Assembly (NCBI GenBank): GCA_001695645.1
Contig: LVZN01000020.1
Coordinates: 1 to 30,622 of the forward strand
Length of the DNA stretch: 30,622 nt
From: Erysipelotrichaceae bacterium MTC7
Lineage (GTDB): Bacteria > Bacillota_I > Bacilli_A > Erysipelotrichales > Erysipelotrichaceae
Reading direction: 5' to 3'
The notes under the pieces are model-generated. The model was not told where the DNA came from and ran no database searches. It was given only the letters and a program-made list of their open reading frames with translations. A program made the translations under genes and the position numbers. The number at the start of each line of letters is the position of its first letter. Positions within the stretch are counted from its first letter, which is position 1. Shown here in pieces: positions 1 to 9,026 of the stretch.

Positions 1-79
1 CAATCCCAATTTTGAGGAACGTGTTAACAAGTACATTAACTTCCATTAATTACTTACACACTTTTCTTGACACTCCCGG

Positions 80-1126
80 TTGGTGGCACTTATTCTTATT
101 GCAGTTGCTGGGTTTTATTGGTATTTTGAAAACGATGCACAAGTCTTGTTTGTTGGTGAACAGTCAATTGCAAGTACCACCTTATTAGTAGGTACAATCT
201 GTGGTGTTCTTAGCTTTACCTTGTTTTTTATTTTAGCCAAACGTAAGCGAATTGAAGCATCAAGTAAATATATTTATTGGCGAAACTTCCCAGCAGTACT
301 ACTTTCATTTACCATTGTGTTGGTGGTCGGTATCATGGGATTCTTTAAACTCATGGAGTTGACGTTTGGAGGAGCAAGTTTTGATCCATACACCGCAACC
401 TTTTTGTTTTTTTGCTTTATTAGTTCGATTGTTTTTGGAATGAGTTATCTTGCAAAAATTATGACACCAACAATTTTAACAAGAGTGTTGAGTTTGGTGA
501 TTGTTGGTGGTGTGATTCTATCTATGATCAACAACAACGATCAAAACTGGTGGCAAGAAAACTTTAGTTATTTGGGAACACCTGATGCAATCAACTCTTG
601 GCAGTTTAATATTACCCTTGTTTTTTCAGCCATGCTTTTGGTTGCTTTGATTGACTACATCTTTGTCATCCTTCAACAAGCCATTCCAAAAAGTCGAAAG
701 TTGAGTATACTTCGCGTACTATTAACATTGACGGCACTATGCTTGGGTGGTGTAGGAATGTTTCCTTACAATGAAATGAAGTTGTTTCAAAACATTCACG
801 ATGTAGTTGCGCGATTGATGGTTGTCTTCATTGTTGTCATCATTGTGCTATTGCGTTGGCTCTTGCCAAAAATTTCAAAAGATTTTTTACGAATTAGTTA
901 TCTAGTGGGATTTTTGTTGATTGTTGCCACCGTATTATTCTTAGGTGTTGATTATCTATCATTGATGGCGTATGAACTTCTTGCATTTATCTTTGCATTC
1001 TTCTGGATCATCTTATTACTTAACCAGTTGCAGTTATTGGTAAACAAGGTAACGAGTTATGAAGTGATTCTGCAATGCAAAACACAAGCACAGTCAAATA
1101 CCGAAGAAAGTGAGCAAGTTAGTTGA
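80..1126 (+). CDS. Polytopic integral membrane protein, function unknown
   Basis: 348-codon ORF whose translation is a succession of hydrophobic helices (LILIAVAGFYWYF, LLVGTICGVLSFTLFFILA, VLSLVIVGGVILSMI, LLIVATVLFLGV, FIFAFFWIILLL). Start is TTG/GTG just after an in-frame TGA at 68-70 with no clear SD, so the 5' end is uncertain. Confidence 0.5.
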   Translation: MVALILIAVAGFYWYFENDAQVLFVGEQSIASTTLLVGTICGVLSFTLFFILAKRKRIEASSKYIYWRNFPAVLLSFTIVLVVGIMGFFKLMELTFGGASFDPYTATFLFFCFISSIVFGMSYLAKIMTPTILTRVLSLVIVGGVILSMINNNDQNWWQENFSYLGTPDAINSWQFNITLVFSAMLLVALIDYIFVILQQAIPKSRKLSILRVLLTLTALCLGGVGMFPYNEMKLFQNIHDVVARLMVVFIVVIIVLLRWLLPKISKDFLRISYLVGFLLIVATVLFLGVDYLSLMAYELLAFIFAFFWIILLLNQLQLLVNKVTSYEVILQCKTQAQSNTEESEQVS

Positions 1127-1185
1127 TGTAAACTTTTTCATCTCATACAATGAACATATAGAAATACAAGAAAGAAGGAACCTAT

Positions 1186-1710
1186 ATGAACGTATATGAT
1201 TTTAAAGTTATGGATAACAAAGGAAATGAAGTATCGTTAGACACCTACAAAGGAAAGACCTTATTAATTGTAAATACGGCAACAAAGTGTGGGTTAACAC
1301 CACAATATGAAGCCTTAGAAGCATTGTATGAAAAGTACAAAGAGCAAGGTTTTGTTATTCTTGACTTCCCAAGTAACCAATTTTTGGAACAAGCGCCTGG
1401 AACTGATGAAGAAATTGATAGTTTTTGTACACTTACATACAATACAACATTCCCGCGTTTCAAGAAAATTGATGTAAACGGTGAACATGCTGATCCATTA
1501 TACAAATGGTTAAAAGAAACTGGACCAAAAGCTGAAGGCTCAAGTATGGTTGATGTGTTTACGAAAGTATTTAAACGTCAACCAAATAAGGATGACATTA
1601 CTTGGAATTTCGAGAAATTCTTAATTGATAAGCAGGGAAATATCGTGCAACGATATACACCAGGAACAAAACCAGAAAAACTAGAAAACGAAATTGTTTC
1701 GATTCTCTAA
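1186..1710 (+). CDS. gpo: Glutathione peroxidase (Cys-type)
   Basis: GPx signature blocks are seen in the translation: NTATKCGLTPQY (active-site Cys), FPSNQF, WNFEKFL. SD-like agaaggaa lies upstream of the ATG. A hairpin terminator follows. Confidence 0.9.
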   Translation: MNVYDFKVMDNKGNEVSLDTYKGKTLLIVNTATKCGLTPQYEALEALYEKYKEQGFVILDFPSNQFLEQAPGTDEEIDSFCTLTYNTTFPRFKKIDVNGEHADPLYKWLKETGPKAEGSSMVDVFTKVFKRQPNKDDITWNFEKFLIDKQGNIVQRYTPGTKPEKLENEIVSIL

Positions 1711-1712
1711 TG

Positions 1713-1733
1713 AGCACCTACGGGTGCTTTTTT
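1713..1733 (+). terminator. Rho-independent terminator after gpo
   Basis: agcacc-tacg-ggtgct stem-loop (1713-1728) followed by ttttt (1729-1733). Confidence 0.75.
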
Positions 1734-1734
1734 G

Positions 1735-1743
1735 TGATATAAT
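1735..1743 (+). promoter_or_regulatory. Extended -10 element (TGaTATAAT) 6 nt upstream of the HAD gene ATG
   Basis: tgatataat at 1735-1743. The ATG is at 1750 and there is no SD in between. The would-be -35 lies inside the terminator hairpin. Confidence 0.4.
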
Positions 1744-1749
1744 GAGCGC

Positions 1750-2352
1750 ATGATAAAAAATATAATATTTGACATTGGAAATGTCCTTTTAAGTTTTAAA
1801 CCGCTTGAACATTTTGCCAAATATGAGGATGGTGAAGTTGTTTGTGAGAAGATTTTTAGTGATCCACTGTGGAAAGAATACGATCGTGGAACGGTTACAC
1901 TTGCAGAAATAGAAGCACAAGTAGCAAGTGATATTCCTGCATACAAGGAATTGGTTCACACCATTTTGGAAGAATGGATGGATGTATTACAACCATTAGA
2001 AACACTTGCTTATATTGATAGCTTACAAGCACTTGGGTATAAGGTATATCTACTAAGCAATTTATCATTTGATGCAGCCAACTACATTGAGACAAACCTA
2101 GACTTATTTCAAAAAGTTGATGGGTATGTACTTTCATGTAACGAAAAGGTGATTAAACCAGAAGCTGCCATATACGAAGCCTTGTTTGCAAAGTTTCAAA
2201 TCAAACCAGAGGAAAGTATCTTCCTGGATGATTTGCCAGCAAATATCACAGGGGCAAAAGCACTTGGTATGGATGGAATTATCGTAAGTCATCCAAAACA
2301 AGCCATTAACGATTTAGAACAAAAATTAAACAAGGAGCTATATGCTAAATAA
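1750..2352 (+). CDS. HAD-superfamily hydrolase (subfamily IA-like phosphatase)
   Basis: N-terminal IIFDIGNVLL motif I, LLSN motif II-like block, and C-terminal FLDDLPANITGA (motif IV-like DD). Length of 200 aa fits the family. Confidence 0.8.
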   Translation: MIKNIIFDIGNVLLSFKPLEHFAKYEDGEVVCEKIFSDPLWKEYDRGTVTLAEIEAQVASDIPAYKELVHTILEEWMDVLQPLETLAYIDSLQALGYKVYLLSNLSFDAANYIETNLDLFQKVDGYVLSCNEKVIKPEAAIYEALFAKFQIKPEESIFLDDLPANITGAKALGMDGIIVSHPKQAINDLEQKLNKELYAK

Positions 2353-3697
2353 AAAAACAAAAGTCAAAGGTGAAATTCTACATATTGAAGACAATGGCTT
2401 GGGTTGTATGCAAGTTAAAAAAGACAAGGTCTATGTCAAACAAGTCCTTGTTGGGGAACTTGTTGAAGCAACCATCACCAAAAAAATCAAAGATGGATAT
2501 ATTGCGGATTTACTAAAGGTGGTAAAACCTAGCAGTATTCGTACAAAAGTAAAGTGTCAGTATTTTACACGTTGCGGTAGTTGCAGTTATTTACATATGC
2601 TGTATCCATTTGAACTAAAAATGAAAACCGATCAGGTAAAGAAACTTGTTGAACAATATCGTTTACCATTACAAGTTAGTAATTGTGAAGGTATGAAAGA
2701 ACCGTATGCATATCGCAACAAGTTGATTTTATCGTTTGGCAAAAACCGTAAGAATGAAGTGGTCTCAGGTTTTTATGAACCCTATTCACATAAACTCGTC
2801 AATATCGGTAGTTGCTTGCTGCATGATAAGAAAACAAATGACTTGTTTACCCACATGAAGGAATGTGTTAAAAAATGTCGTATTGATGTTTATGATGAAG
2901 CAACAAAGCGTGGATTTTTAAAACACATTCAAGTTCGTGAAAATCAAAAGGGTGAGTTTTTAGTAACCATTGTGGTTGCGGATACAGAGTTCAAAGGAAA
3001 GAAGAAGTTCTTGGATATGTTGTTGGATGGACATCCAGAAATTGTAAGTGTTGTGCAAAACATCAACAATCGTCATACGGTCGTCGTACTTGGAAACCAA
3101 GAAATTGTAATGTATGGAAAAGGGTACATTGAAGATACGTTATGTGGATTAACTTTCCGTATTTCCAGTAAATCGTTCTACCAAATCAATCATGAACAAT
3201 GTGAGAAATTATATACAAAAGCACTGTCCATGCTGAAATTAAAAGGCAATGAAACCGTTGTTGATACCTATAGTGGAATCGGTACGATTTCCTTACTTCT
3301 GGCTAAACAAGCAAAGAAAGTTTACGGAGTAGAAATTAATGCACAAGCAGTCAAAGATGCAAACGTAAACAAAGAACTTAACGACATAAAGAACGTAGAA
3401 TTTGTATGTAGTGATTCTGGTGAATACATGCAACGCTTGGCAAGAGTCAAACAACCCATTGATGTTGTTGTGATGGACCCTGCGCGCGATGGTGCAGATA
3501 AAAACTTCATTGATGCATTGTTGAGTTTGAAACCAAAGCACATCCTATACATTTCGTGTAATCCAGAAACACAAATGCGTGACATTAAACAAATGAGTCG
3601 AACCTATGGATGTAAAAGGGTCGAATTGTTTGACATGTTTCCACGCACAAGCCATGTGGAGGCGGTTGTTCTTTTGTCCCGCAAAGATATCGAGTAG
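2342..3697 (+). CDS. rumA: 23S rRNA (uracil-C5)-methyltransferase, RumA/RlmCD family
   Basis: N-terminal TRAM-like segment, Fe-S Cys cluster CQYFTRCGSCSYLHM plus GSCLLHD, SAM-binding VVDTYSGIGTISL, VVMDPARDG, and catalytic YISCNPET. aaggag SD precedes the ATG at 2342, which overlaps the HAD stop. Confidence 0.9.
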   Translation: MLNKKTKVKGEILHIEDNGLGCMQVKKDKVYVKQVLVGELVEATITKKIKDGYIADLLKVVKPSSIRTKVKCQYFTRCGSCSYLHMLYPFELKMKTDQVKKLVEQYRLPLQVSNCEGMKEPYAYRNKLILSFGKNRKNEVVSGFYEPYSHKLVNIGSCLLHDKKTNDLFTHMKECVKKCRIDVYDEATKRGFLKHIQVRENQKGEFLVTIVVADTEFKGKKKFLDMLLDGHPEIVSVVQNINNRHTVVVLGNQEIVMYGKGYIEDTLCGLTFRISSKSFYQINHEQCEKLYTKALSMLKLKGNETVVDTYSGIGTISLLLAKQAKKVYGVEINAQAVKDANVNKELNDIKNVEFVCSDSGEYMQRLARVKQPIDVVVMDPARDGADKNFIDALLSLKPKHILYISCNPETQMRDIKQMSRTYGCKRVELFDMFPRTSHVEAVVLLSRKDIE

Positions 3698-3875
3698 TGC
3701 GGCGAACTCTCTTATAAACCTAGGTAAGATAACTATCATTAGTAGAAAAATATAAAAGTTTCTTTGTGTCCAGAGAATAAAAAAAAGCAACCAATGCAGT
3801 ACAAGATCATTTAGAAATGATAAATGATTGGAAGAAGTGGGTAGAATAAATTAAATGCTGTAAACGCGTTTTAAG

Positions 3876-3911
3876 AGCCGCAAGTGAGTATTTGCTCCCC
3901 TGCGGCTTTTT
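3876..3911 (+). terminator. Hairpin plus T-run, orphan terminator about 180 nt after rumA
   Basis: agccgcaagtgag / ctcccctgcggct imperfect 13-bp stem (2 mismatches), loop tatttg, then ttttt. Confidence 0.5.
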
Positions 3912-4374
3912 GGTTACTTAAAACAGCTATGAGGGCGAGAAGGTAAATAATTGGTTCCGATTAAGGTTCTCTATACTAAATTGTCGAAATTACTTTAAGC
4001 CAATCTGGATTTATTTTGAAGACTGAGTATCGGCTAACAATGTTTTTTTAATGGTATCTGGGATTGGATAAGTTTTTGCTGCATCTAATGCGGCAAGAAG
4101 GAATTTGCCGTTGCTATTAGTGTCAAGTGTTGTTTGGATTCATCATGTAGTTTTTCGGTGTTAAATGTAACATCAATCCAGTATTCATCGACCTCAGTGA
4201 ATGCGATAAGAGTAGTGTACATAAATCCGTTGAATTTGACGTTGAATTACAATTCAGTAACTTATGATTCAGTATAGCTTTTTTTCTTGAGAAAAATTTG
4301 TGAATAATCCACATACATTACCTACATCCATGCTGTACTGAATATAGTAAGATAGTACAAAAGTAGGTGATGTT

Positions 4375-4971
4375 ATGAGTCAAGCAGAGAAATTAATGAA
4401 TTTTGCCAATAAAAACAATGGGATTATTACAACTAACCAACTGACCCAATTGGGCATAGGAAGGTGGGTACTTCAAAGACTCGAGGAATTAGAAGAAATT
4501 TTTCCGGTCCAACGAGGCGTTTATGTGACAAAAAATGGCTATGCAGATGACTTTTTTCTATTACAAGAGCGTTACCCTAAGGGTGTTTTTTCTCATGAAA
4601 CCGCTTTGTATTTACTAGGGTTCTCAGATCGAACCCCGATTCAAATTAATATGACTTTTGTAAAAGGTACGTCAACGACGCGTATGAAGCCCGATAATAT
4701 TCGTCCAGTTACTATTGGTGATAAGGAACTATTTGAAGTTGGGATAACTTCAGTCGAAAGACCCGGGGGGACAACAGTTAGGGTTTATGAAATCGAACGT
4801 GTTTTGGTGGATTTGATGAGATCGAGATACGATGCGGATTTGGAACAAGTCATCCCGGCATATAAGCGATACGCTGCGAGCAAGAAGAAGGATGTGAACA
4901 AGCTCTTTCGTTATGCGCGGATGTTTGAAGTGGAGGAAAAAGTAAGAAATTATATGAGGGTGCTATTGTGA
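4375..4971 (+). CDS. abiEi: AbiEi-family antitoxin / transcriptional regulator (type IV TA, abortive infection AbiE)
   Basis: 198 aa. The N-terminal block (NNGIITTNQLTQLGIGRWVLQRLEELEEIFPVQRGVYV) and following HETALYLLGFSDRTP are typical of AbiEi_4/COG5340 antitoxins. aggtga SD is present. Its stop overlaps a GTG (GTGA at 4968-4971) that opens the cognate toxin frame. Confidence 0.8.
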   Translation: MSQAEKLMNFANKNNGIITTNQLTQLGIGRWVLQRLEELEEIFPVQRGVYVTKNGYADDFFLLQERYPKGVFSHETALYLLGFSDRTPIQINMTFVKGTSTTRMKPDNIRPVTIGDKELFEVGITSVERPGGTTVRVYEIERVLVDLMRSRYDADLEQVIPAYKRYAASKKKDVNKLFRYARMFEVEEKVRNYMRVLL

Positions 4972-5810
4972 TTTTTAAAAATTCGATGAGTTTTAAGGCT
5001 AAGATTAAGCAAATTGCGAAAGAAAAAGGTATCACGACACAACAAGTTCAGTAGAATTATTTGATAGAAGCGTTTCTTTCAAAACTAGCTAAGTCAGAAT
5101 ATAAGCAGAACTTTATTGTAAAAGGTGGCTACTTAATTGGTGGACTTGTTGGATTGGACATGCGTGCCACAATGGATTTAGATACCACGATAAAAGGCTT
5201 TACCCTCACGCATGAAACATTACTTGAGATTGCTAATGAAATCATCAAAATCACCACGGAAGAGTCATTTGAATTTAAAGTTGAAGGTATTGAGGATATT
5301 CGAGAAACGGATGATTACCCCGGCTTGCGATTAAAACTCATCGCCTCTTTTGAAAGAATTGAAGTTGCGGTTATGGTTGATGTGACAGCGGGAGATGCTA
5401 TTACTCCAAACGAAGTCAGATATAGCTTTAATAAAATTTTTGAAGATGAAAAAGTAGAGTTGTTGACATACCCGTTGGAAACAATCCTGGCGGAGAAGAT
5501 AGAGACGATTCTTTCTCGTGGGATTGCAACCACTCGGCCCCGTGATTTTTATGATGTGTACATTTTGTACAAGTTGAAGGACAGCCAAGTTGATTATCAA
5601 TTGTTTAAGCAAGCACTCATTAATACGATGAAGAAACGGCAATCAGAATTCAACATGTCTGATTACAAGATGGTACTAGAGGAATTACGGACCAACGATT
5701 TCCAACAAGATATATGGAGAAAATATCAAAGACAATATGCATATGCATCGGATACCAGTTTCGATGAAGTAATGGGTGTAGCAGCTGAATTGCTTGAGAA
5801 AGTTCAATAA
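4968..5810 (+). pseudogene. abiEii: AbiEii/AbiGii-family nucleotidyltransferase toxin (DUF1814), interrupted by in-frame TAG at 5052-5054
   Basis: The frame opening at GTG 4968 reads VIFKNSMSFKAKIKQIAKEKGITTQQVQ-stop-NYLIEAFLSKLAKSEYKQNFIVKGGYLIGGLVGLDMRATMDLDTT... It is continuous with the 5061-5810 ORF in the same frame. The N-terminal helix plus the GG...DLD NTase core match the AbiEii architecture. A single TAG is at codon 29. Confidence 0.8.
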
Positions 5811-6092
5811 ATAGAGTCATTGTGTTAACGCCCGCAATGCCACGTTGAACTGTTCTCCAATAGAGAGAATCTATTTCAAAGTACCTTGACATCAATAACG
5901 ACGAGGTGTTGCATGTGTAAAGTGTTTGGTTGTTAACGAGAATTACCAAGCAAAAGTGTGTTGAACCTCAAGTATGAGATTCCACGTAAAGAATGGCTGA
6001 TGATGTGTGATGTCGATTAGATTCATGATACACAAGTAGAAAGATCATACTTTGTATAACAGTAAGTGAGACAATAAGGAGGATGAATAATA

Positions 6093-6206
6093 ATGCATGA
6101 TAAGATTTATACAGAATCTGATTGGAAATTATTTAGAAAAAATATTGTTCTTTGGCAAGAAAATTATATGGCCCGACTTTGTGAAGAATATGAGGAACTT
6201 GGATAG
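6093..6206 (+). pseudogene. Short ORF (37 aa), probable 5' fragment of a larger gene
   Basis: aaggagg SD, then MHDKIYTESDWKLFRKNIVLWQENYMARLCEEYEELG-stop. It resembles the N-terminus of a longer conserved hypothetical protein family. It sits in a region full of relics. Confidence 0.3.
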
Positions 6207-6271
6207 GTTACAATAAGGTAGACAGAAAAGATAAGGTTGTCATGGTAAAATAGAAGAGTGAGGTAAACGAT

Positions 6272-6420
6272 ATGACAACAAGAAGAGAACGTAGAGTATT
6301 TACAAGTGAATTCAAACAACAAATGGTAAATTTGTATAACATTGGGAAGCCAAAGCTGAGATCATTAGAGAATATGATCTAACACCCTCCGCACTTACCA
6401 AATGTAGAATAGCGTCATAG
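6272..6420 (+). pseudogene. IS3-family transposase orfA relic (N-terminal HTH part only, frameshifted)
   Basis: MTTRRERRVFTSEFKQQMVNLYNIGKPK in one frame continues as AEIIREYDLTPSALTK in the +1 frame. This fits a 1-nt deletion near 6352-6355. No orfB, no DDE domain and no terminal repeats follow. Confidence 0.7.
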
Positions 6421-6746
6421 ATGCAACGAAACCACCAAATAAAAATCAAAATAAATGAACCAGTAATTGCAAAAGTATGACTAGATGCTAGTCAAAGATA
6501 TGCAAATGCTGGTTTTTATGTTATGGATAAATAGAAAGGAATCATTAAGCAAAATAAAAAGAAGAAAACCGTCCTGCAAGACACCAATTTTCTTCCCGCT
6601 CAATAGCAACTATATGGTAACTAAAAAAATCGAAACTTGCAAGTATAAAAATTTTTAGTGTGATGAAATATCATAGAATGATTTTTTTATATTATACTTG
6701 ATTTTTATTAACTAATTTTCTTAAGTTGTAAGTTTTAAAAAAGTTC

Positions 6747-6775
6747 TTGCATATGATTTTTAATGGATTTATGGT
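6747..6775 (+). promoter_or_regulatory. Candidate sigma-A promoter for the serine hydrolase gene
   Basis: TTGCAT (6747-6752), 17 nt spacer, TATGGT (6770-6775), about 35 nt upstream of the aaggag SD. Confidence 0.3.
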
Positions 6776-6811
6776 TAATGCAGAATATCCAAACAACATA
6801 AGGAGATCAAG

Positions 6812-7795
6812 ATGAAACAAAGCATAAAAGAACTAGAAGCAACGATTCAAAACCACCATCCAAACCTAAGGGGAATAAAGGTGGTAAAAAAAGGACAACC
6901 GATTTACGAACAATATTTGCATGGTGGTAAAAAGGATGATTATTATCATGTGTATTCTCTTACAAAGAGCATTGTATCTGTACTTATTGGGGTTGCGATA
7001 GCCCAAGGAAAACTTGAAAATGAACAAGTGAAACTGATTGATGTGATTGATGATGTACCACGCAATCGTCGCCTTTCGGCTTTTGATCAACTGCGTGTGG
7101 TTGATATCTTAAAGATGGAAGCACCGTATGTTTATGAGGATAATGAACAACTGTACCAAGATTATTTTTCAAGTCCTTCATGGATACGCTTTACTTTAGG
7201 CCTGTTTGGTTCGCCTAATGAGATAGGAACATTTCGCTATACACCAATTGTCGGACCAGATGTATTAACGTACATGCTAACAAAGGTAACCGGACAGTCC
7301 GTTTTGGACTATGCAAAGACATATCTGTTTACACCACTGGATATCGAAGTTAAAAAGCCCATTCACTTTGCCAGTGTAAAGGAACAGTTTCAATTTTATC
7401 AGTCGACTGACATAAGTGGTTGGGTACATGATGATGAAGGTTTATACGCCGCTGGTTGGGGATTAACACTGAGGTTGGACGATTTGGCTAAGCTTGGGCA
7501 ACTTTGTTTACAACATGGTACATGGCAAGACAAACAAATTGTGAGTGAAACTTGGCTACAAATAAGTACAACAAGGCAAAGTTACTCCCCACAGTTACAA
7601 CTTGCTTATGGGTATCTATGGTGGATATTGGATGAGCAAAGCCACACCTATGCAGCAATTGGTGATGGTGGAAATCTCATCTATGTCAACGAAGCACAAG
7701 AACTTGTGGTGGTAACAACAGGAGTGTTCAGTGAGAATGCCGGAGACATCATGGACTTGTTGAAAACGACAATTGAACCAACGTTTTTTGAATAG
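6812..7795 (+). CDS. Serine hydrolase, beta-lactamase/transpeptidase-like family (class C-related)
   Basis: S-x-x-K motif in YSLTKSIVSVLIG, about 330 aa with no signal peptide, a C-terminal GDGGN block, and a strong aaggaga SD. Confidence 0.75.
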   Translation: MKQSIKELEATIQNHHPNLRGIKVVKKGQPIYEQYLHGGKKDDYYHVYSLTKSIVSVLIGVAIAQGKLENEQVKLIDVIDDVPRNRRLSAFDQLRVVDILKMEAPYVYEDNEQLYQDYFSSPSWIRFTLGLFGSPNEIGTFRYTPIVGPDVLTYMLTKVTGQSVLDYAKTYLFTPLDIEVKKPIHFASVKEQFQFYQSTDISGWVHDDEGLYAAGWGLTLRLDDLAKLGQLCLQHGTWQDKQIVSETWLQISTTRQSYSPQLQLAYGYLWWILDEQSHTYAAIGDGGNLIYVNEAQELVVVTTGVFSENAGDIMDLLKTTIEPTFFE

Positions 7796-7866
7796 ATGTC
7801 ATATACAGTCGCTTTTGTGTCACCAACATTTACGCACATCTCATAAAACTGTTTTATAATAGAAGT

Positions 7867-8241
7867 ATGAAGCGATTTGAAAAAAATGAGAAAATGTTTC
7901 TGATTCCATTTGCGATTTTTGTGTTGATTGTTTCAATAATTTGTATGCATAGCATCAATGAACAAAACGTCATCGAAGAGAATTTCTACGTGCCAAATGT
8001 ATTTGTGCAACATCACAACTACTTCGAACAAGAACCGCAAACTTATGCAGAAACACTAGCGGATGAATATACGTCGTATGGGACTATTAAGTCACGAGTT
8101 AAAGCTAGAACGCTAACAAACAAAGATTTAACAACCAACCACAACAAGTACTTAGGAAGAGAAGTGTTTGTCAGTGAAGATGACACGTATATCTTTATTC
8201 AACTGAAAGATGGGCGTTATGAATGCCTAATCAAAGAGTAG
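7867..8241 (+). CDS. Small N-terminally anchored hypothetical protein
   Basis: 124-aa ORF with one N-terminal TM segment (MFLIPFAIFVLIVSIICM), followed by a terminator. Confidence 0.5.
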   Translation: MKRFEKNEKMFLIPFAIFVLIVSIICMHSINEQNVIEENFYVPNVFVQHHNYFEQEPQTYAETLADEYTSYGTIKSRVKARTLTNKDLTTNHNKYLGREVFVSEDDTYIFIQLKDGRYECLIKE

Positions 8242-8244
8242 TAG

Positions 8245-8281
8245 AAAAGAAGAAGCGAAAAAGCATCTTCTTTTTCTTTTT
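8245..8281 (+). terminator. Rho-independent terminator
   Basis: aaaagaagaagc / gcatcttctttt 12-bp stem (1 mismatch), loop gaaaaa, T-rich tail. Confidence 0.7.
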
Positions 8282-8304
8282 GCACAAGTCAGTTCGTACG
8301 CAAA

Positions 8305-9024
8305 ATGACGGAAACTGTGTATAATATACCTATGAGTAAAAAGAAGAAAACATCATGGTTTGGAAAACTGGTGACACGGCTTTTGATCCTCCTCGTACTT
8401 GCTAGTATCGTCGGTGGTTATTTTGTGCTTGATTACTATCGTATCATTCCGCGAAAAAGCTACGATGCAAGTGATTTTTATTTTGAAGAAGAAGTTAGCG
8501 GTGTGGATTACAACCACAATGGTGTTGATGATTATAAAGATATTTTAGCGGGGGCAAAAAAGGATGCAAAAAAACATCCCAAGTATGTGGAAGCTTACTA
8601 TACAACAGCTTATCCACCTGATGATGAAGGGATCGAAGGGGATGTAGTTTGGCGTGCTTTGCAGCATGCTGGATACGATTTGAAAGCTTTGATGGATGAA
8701 GATATCAAAAACAATCCAGGCATTTATCCAAGTGAAGAAGATAGCAATATGAATTTCCGGTTGGTGGACAATCAACGCATGTATTTTGAACGCTACATTC
8801 GACGCATTGATGCTCCAACAGAAGAAATTGGCAGTTGGATTGCTGGTGATATTGTGTTTTTTACAAATGGGAGTGTGGCGATTTTAAGTGATAAACGAAA
8901 CAGTGATGGATATTGTTACATCATCCATAATGATGGACAACCCATGCGTGAAGAAGATACCTTTGAACGCTATGCATCACAGGGAATTATTGGCCACTAT
9001 CGTTGGCAATTTGAAGGAGAATAA
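8305..9024 (+). CDS. DUF1287-domain protein with N-terminal membrane anchor
   Basis: Anchor KKKKTSWFGKLVTRLLILLVLASIVGGYF, then blocks typical of DUF1287 (AYPPDDEGIEGDVVWRALQHAGYDLKALMDEDIKNNPGIYP, NMNFRLVDNQRMYF, GDIVFF, IIHNDGQ). The true start may be ATG 8332 (MSKKKK). Confidence 0.75.
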   Translation: MTETVYNIPMSKKKKTSWFGKLVTRLLILLVLASIVGGYFVLDYYRIIPRKSYDASDFYFEEEVSGVDYNHNGVDDYKDILAGAKKDAKKHPKYVEAYYTTAYPPDDEGIEGDVVWRALQHAGYDLKALMDEDIKNNPGIYPSEEDSNMNFRLVDNQRMYFERYIRRIDAPTEEIGSWIAGDIVFFTNGSVAILSDKRNSDGYCYIIHNDGQPMREEDTFERYASQGIIGHYRWQFEGE

Positions 9025-9026
9025 AA

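Noticed and set aside
3781-3849. 22-codon C-terminal-looking fragment (KKATNAVQDHLEMINDWKKWVE) ahead of the orphan terminator
   Set aside because: It is too short, has no start codon (a stop lies at 3778-3780), and cannot be distinguished from chance without a database search.
4011-4314. Minus-strand reading frames (63-aa ORF 4123-4314, plus protein-like FNGFMYTTLIAFTEVDEYWIDVTFNTEKLHDESKQHLTLIATA / KFLLAALDAAKTYPIPDTIKKTLLADTQSSK in two other frames)
   Set aside because: No single intact frame, start codon or SD is present. At best it is a frameshifted relic, so I did not list it as a gene. It is mentioned only as part of the relic islet.
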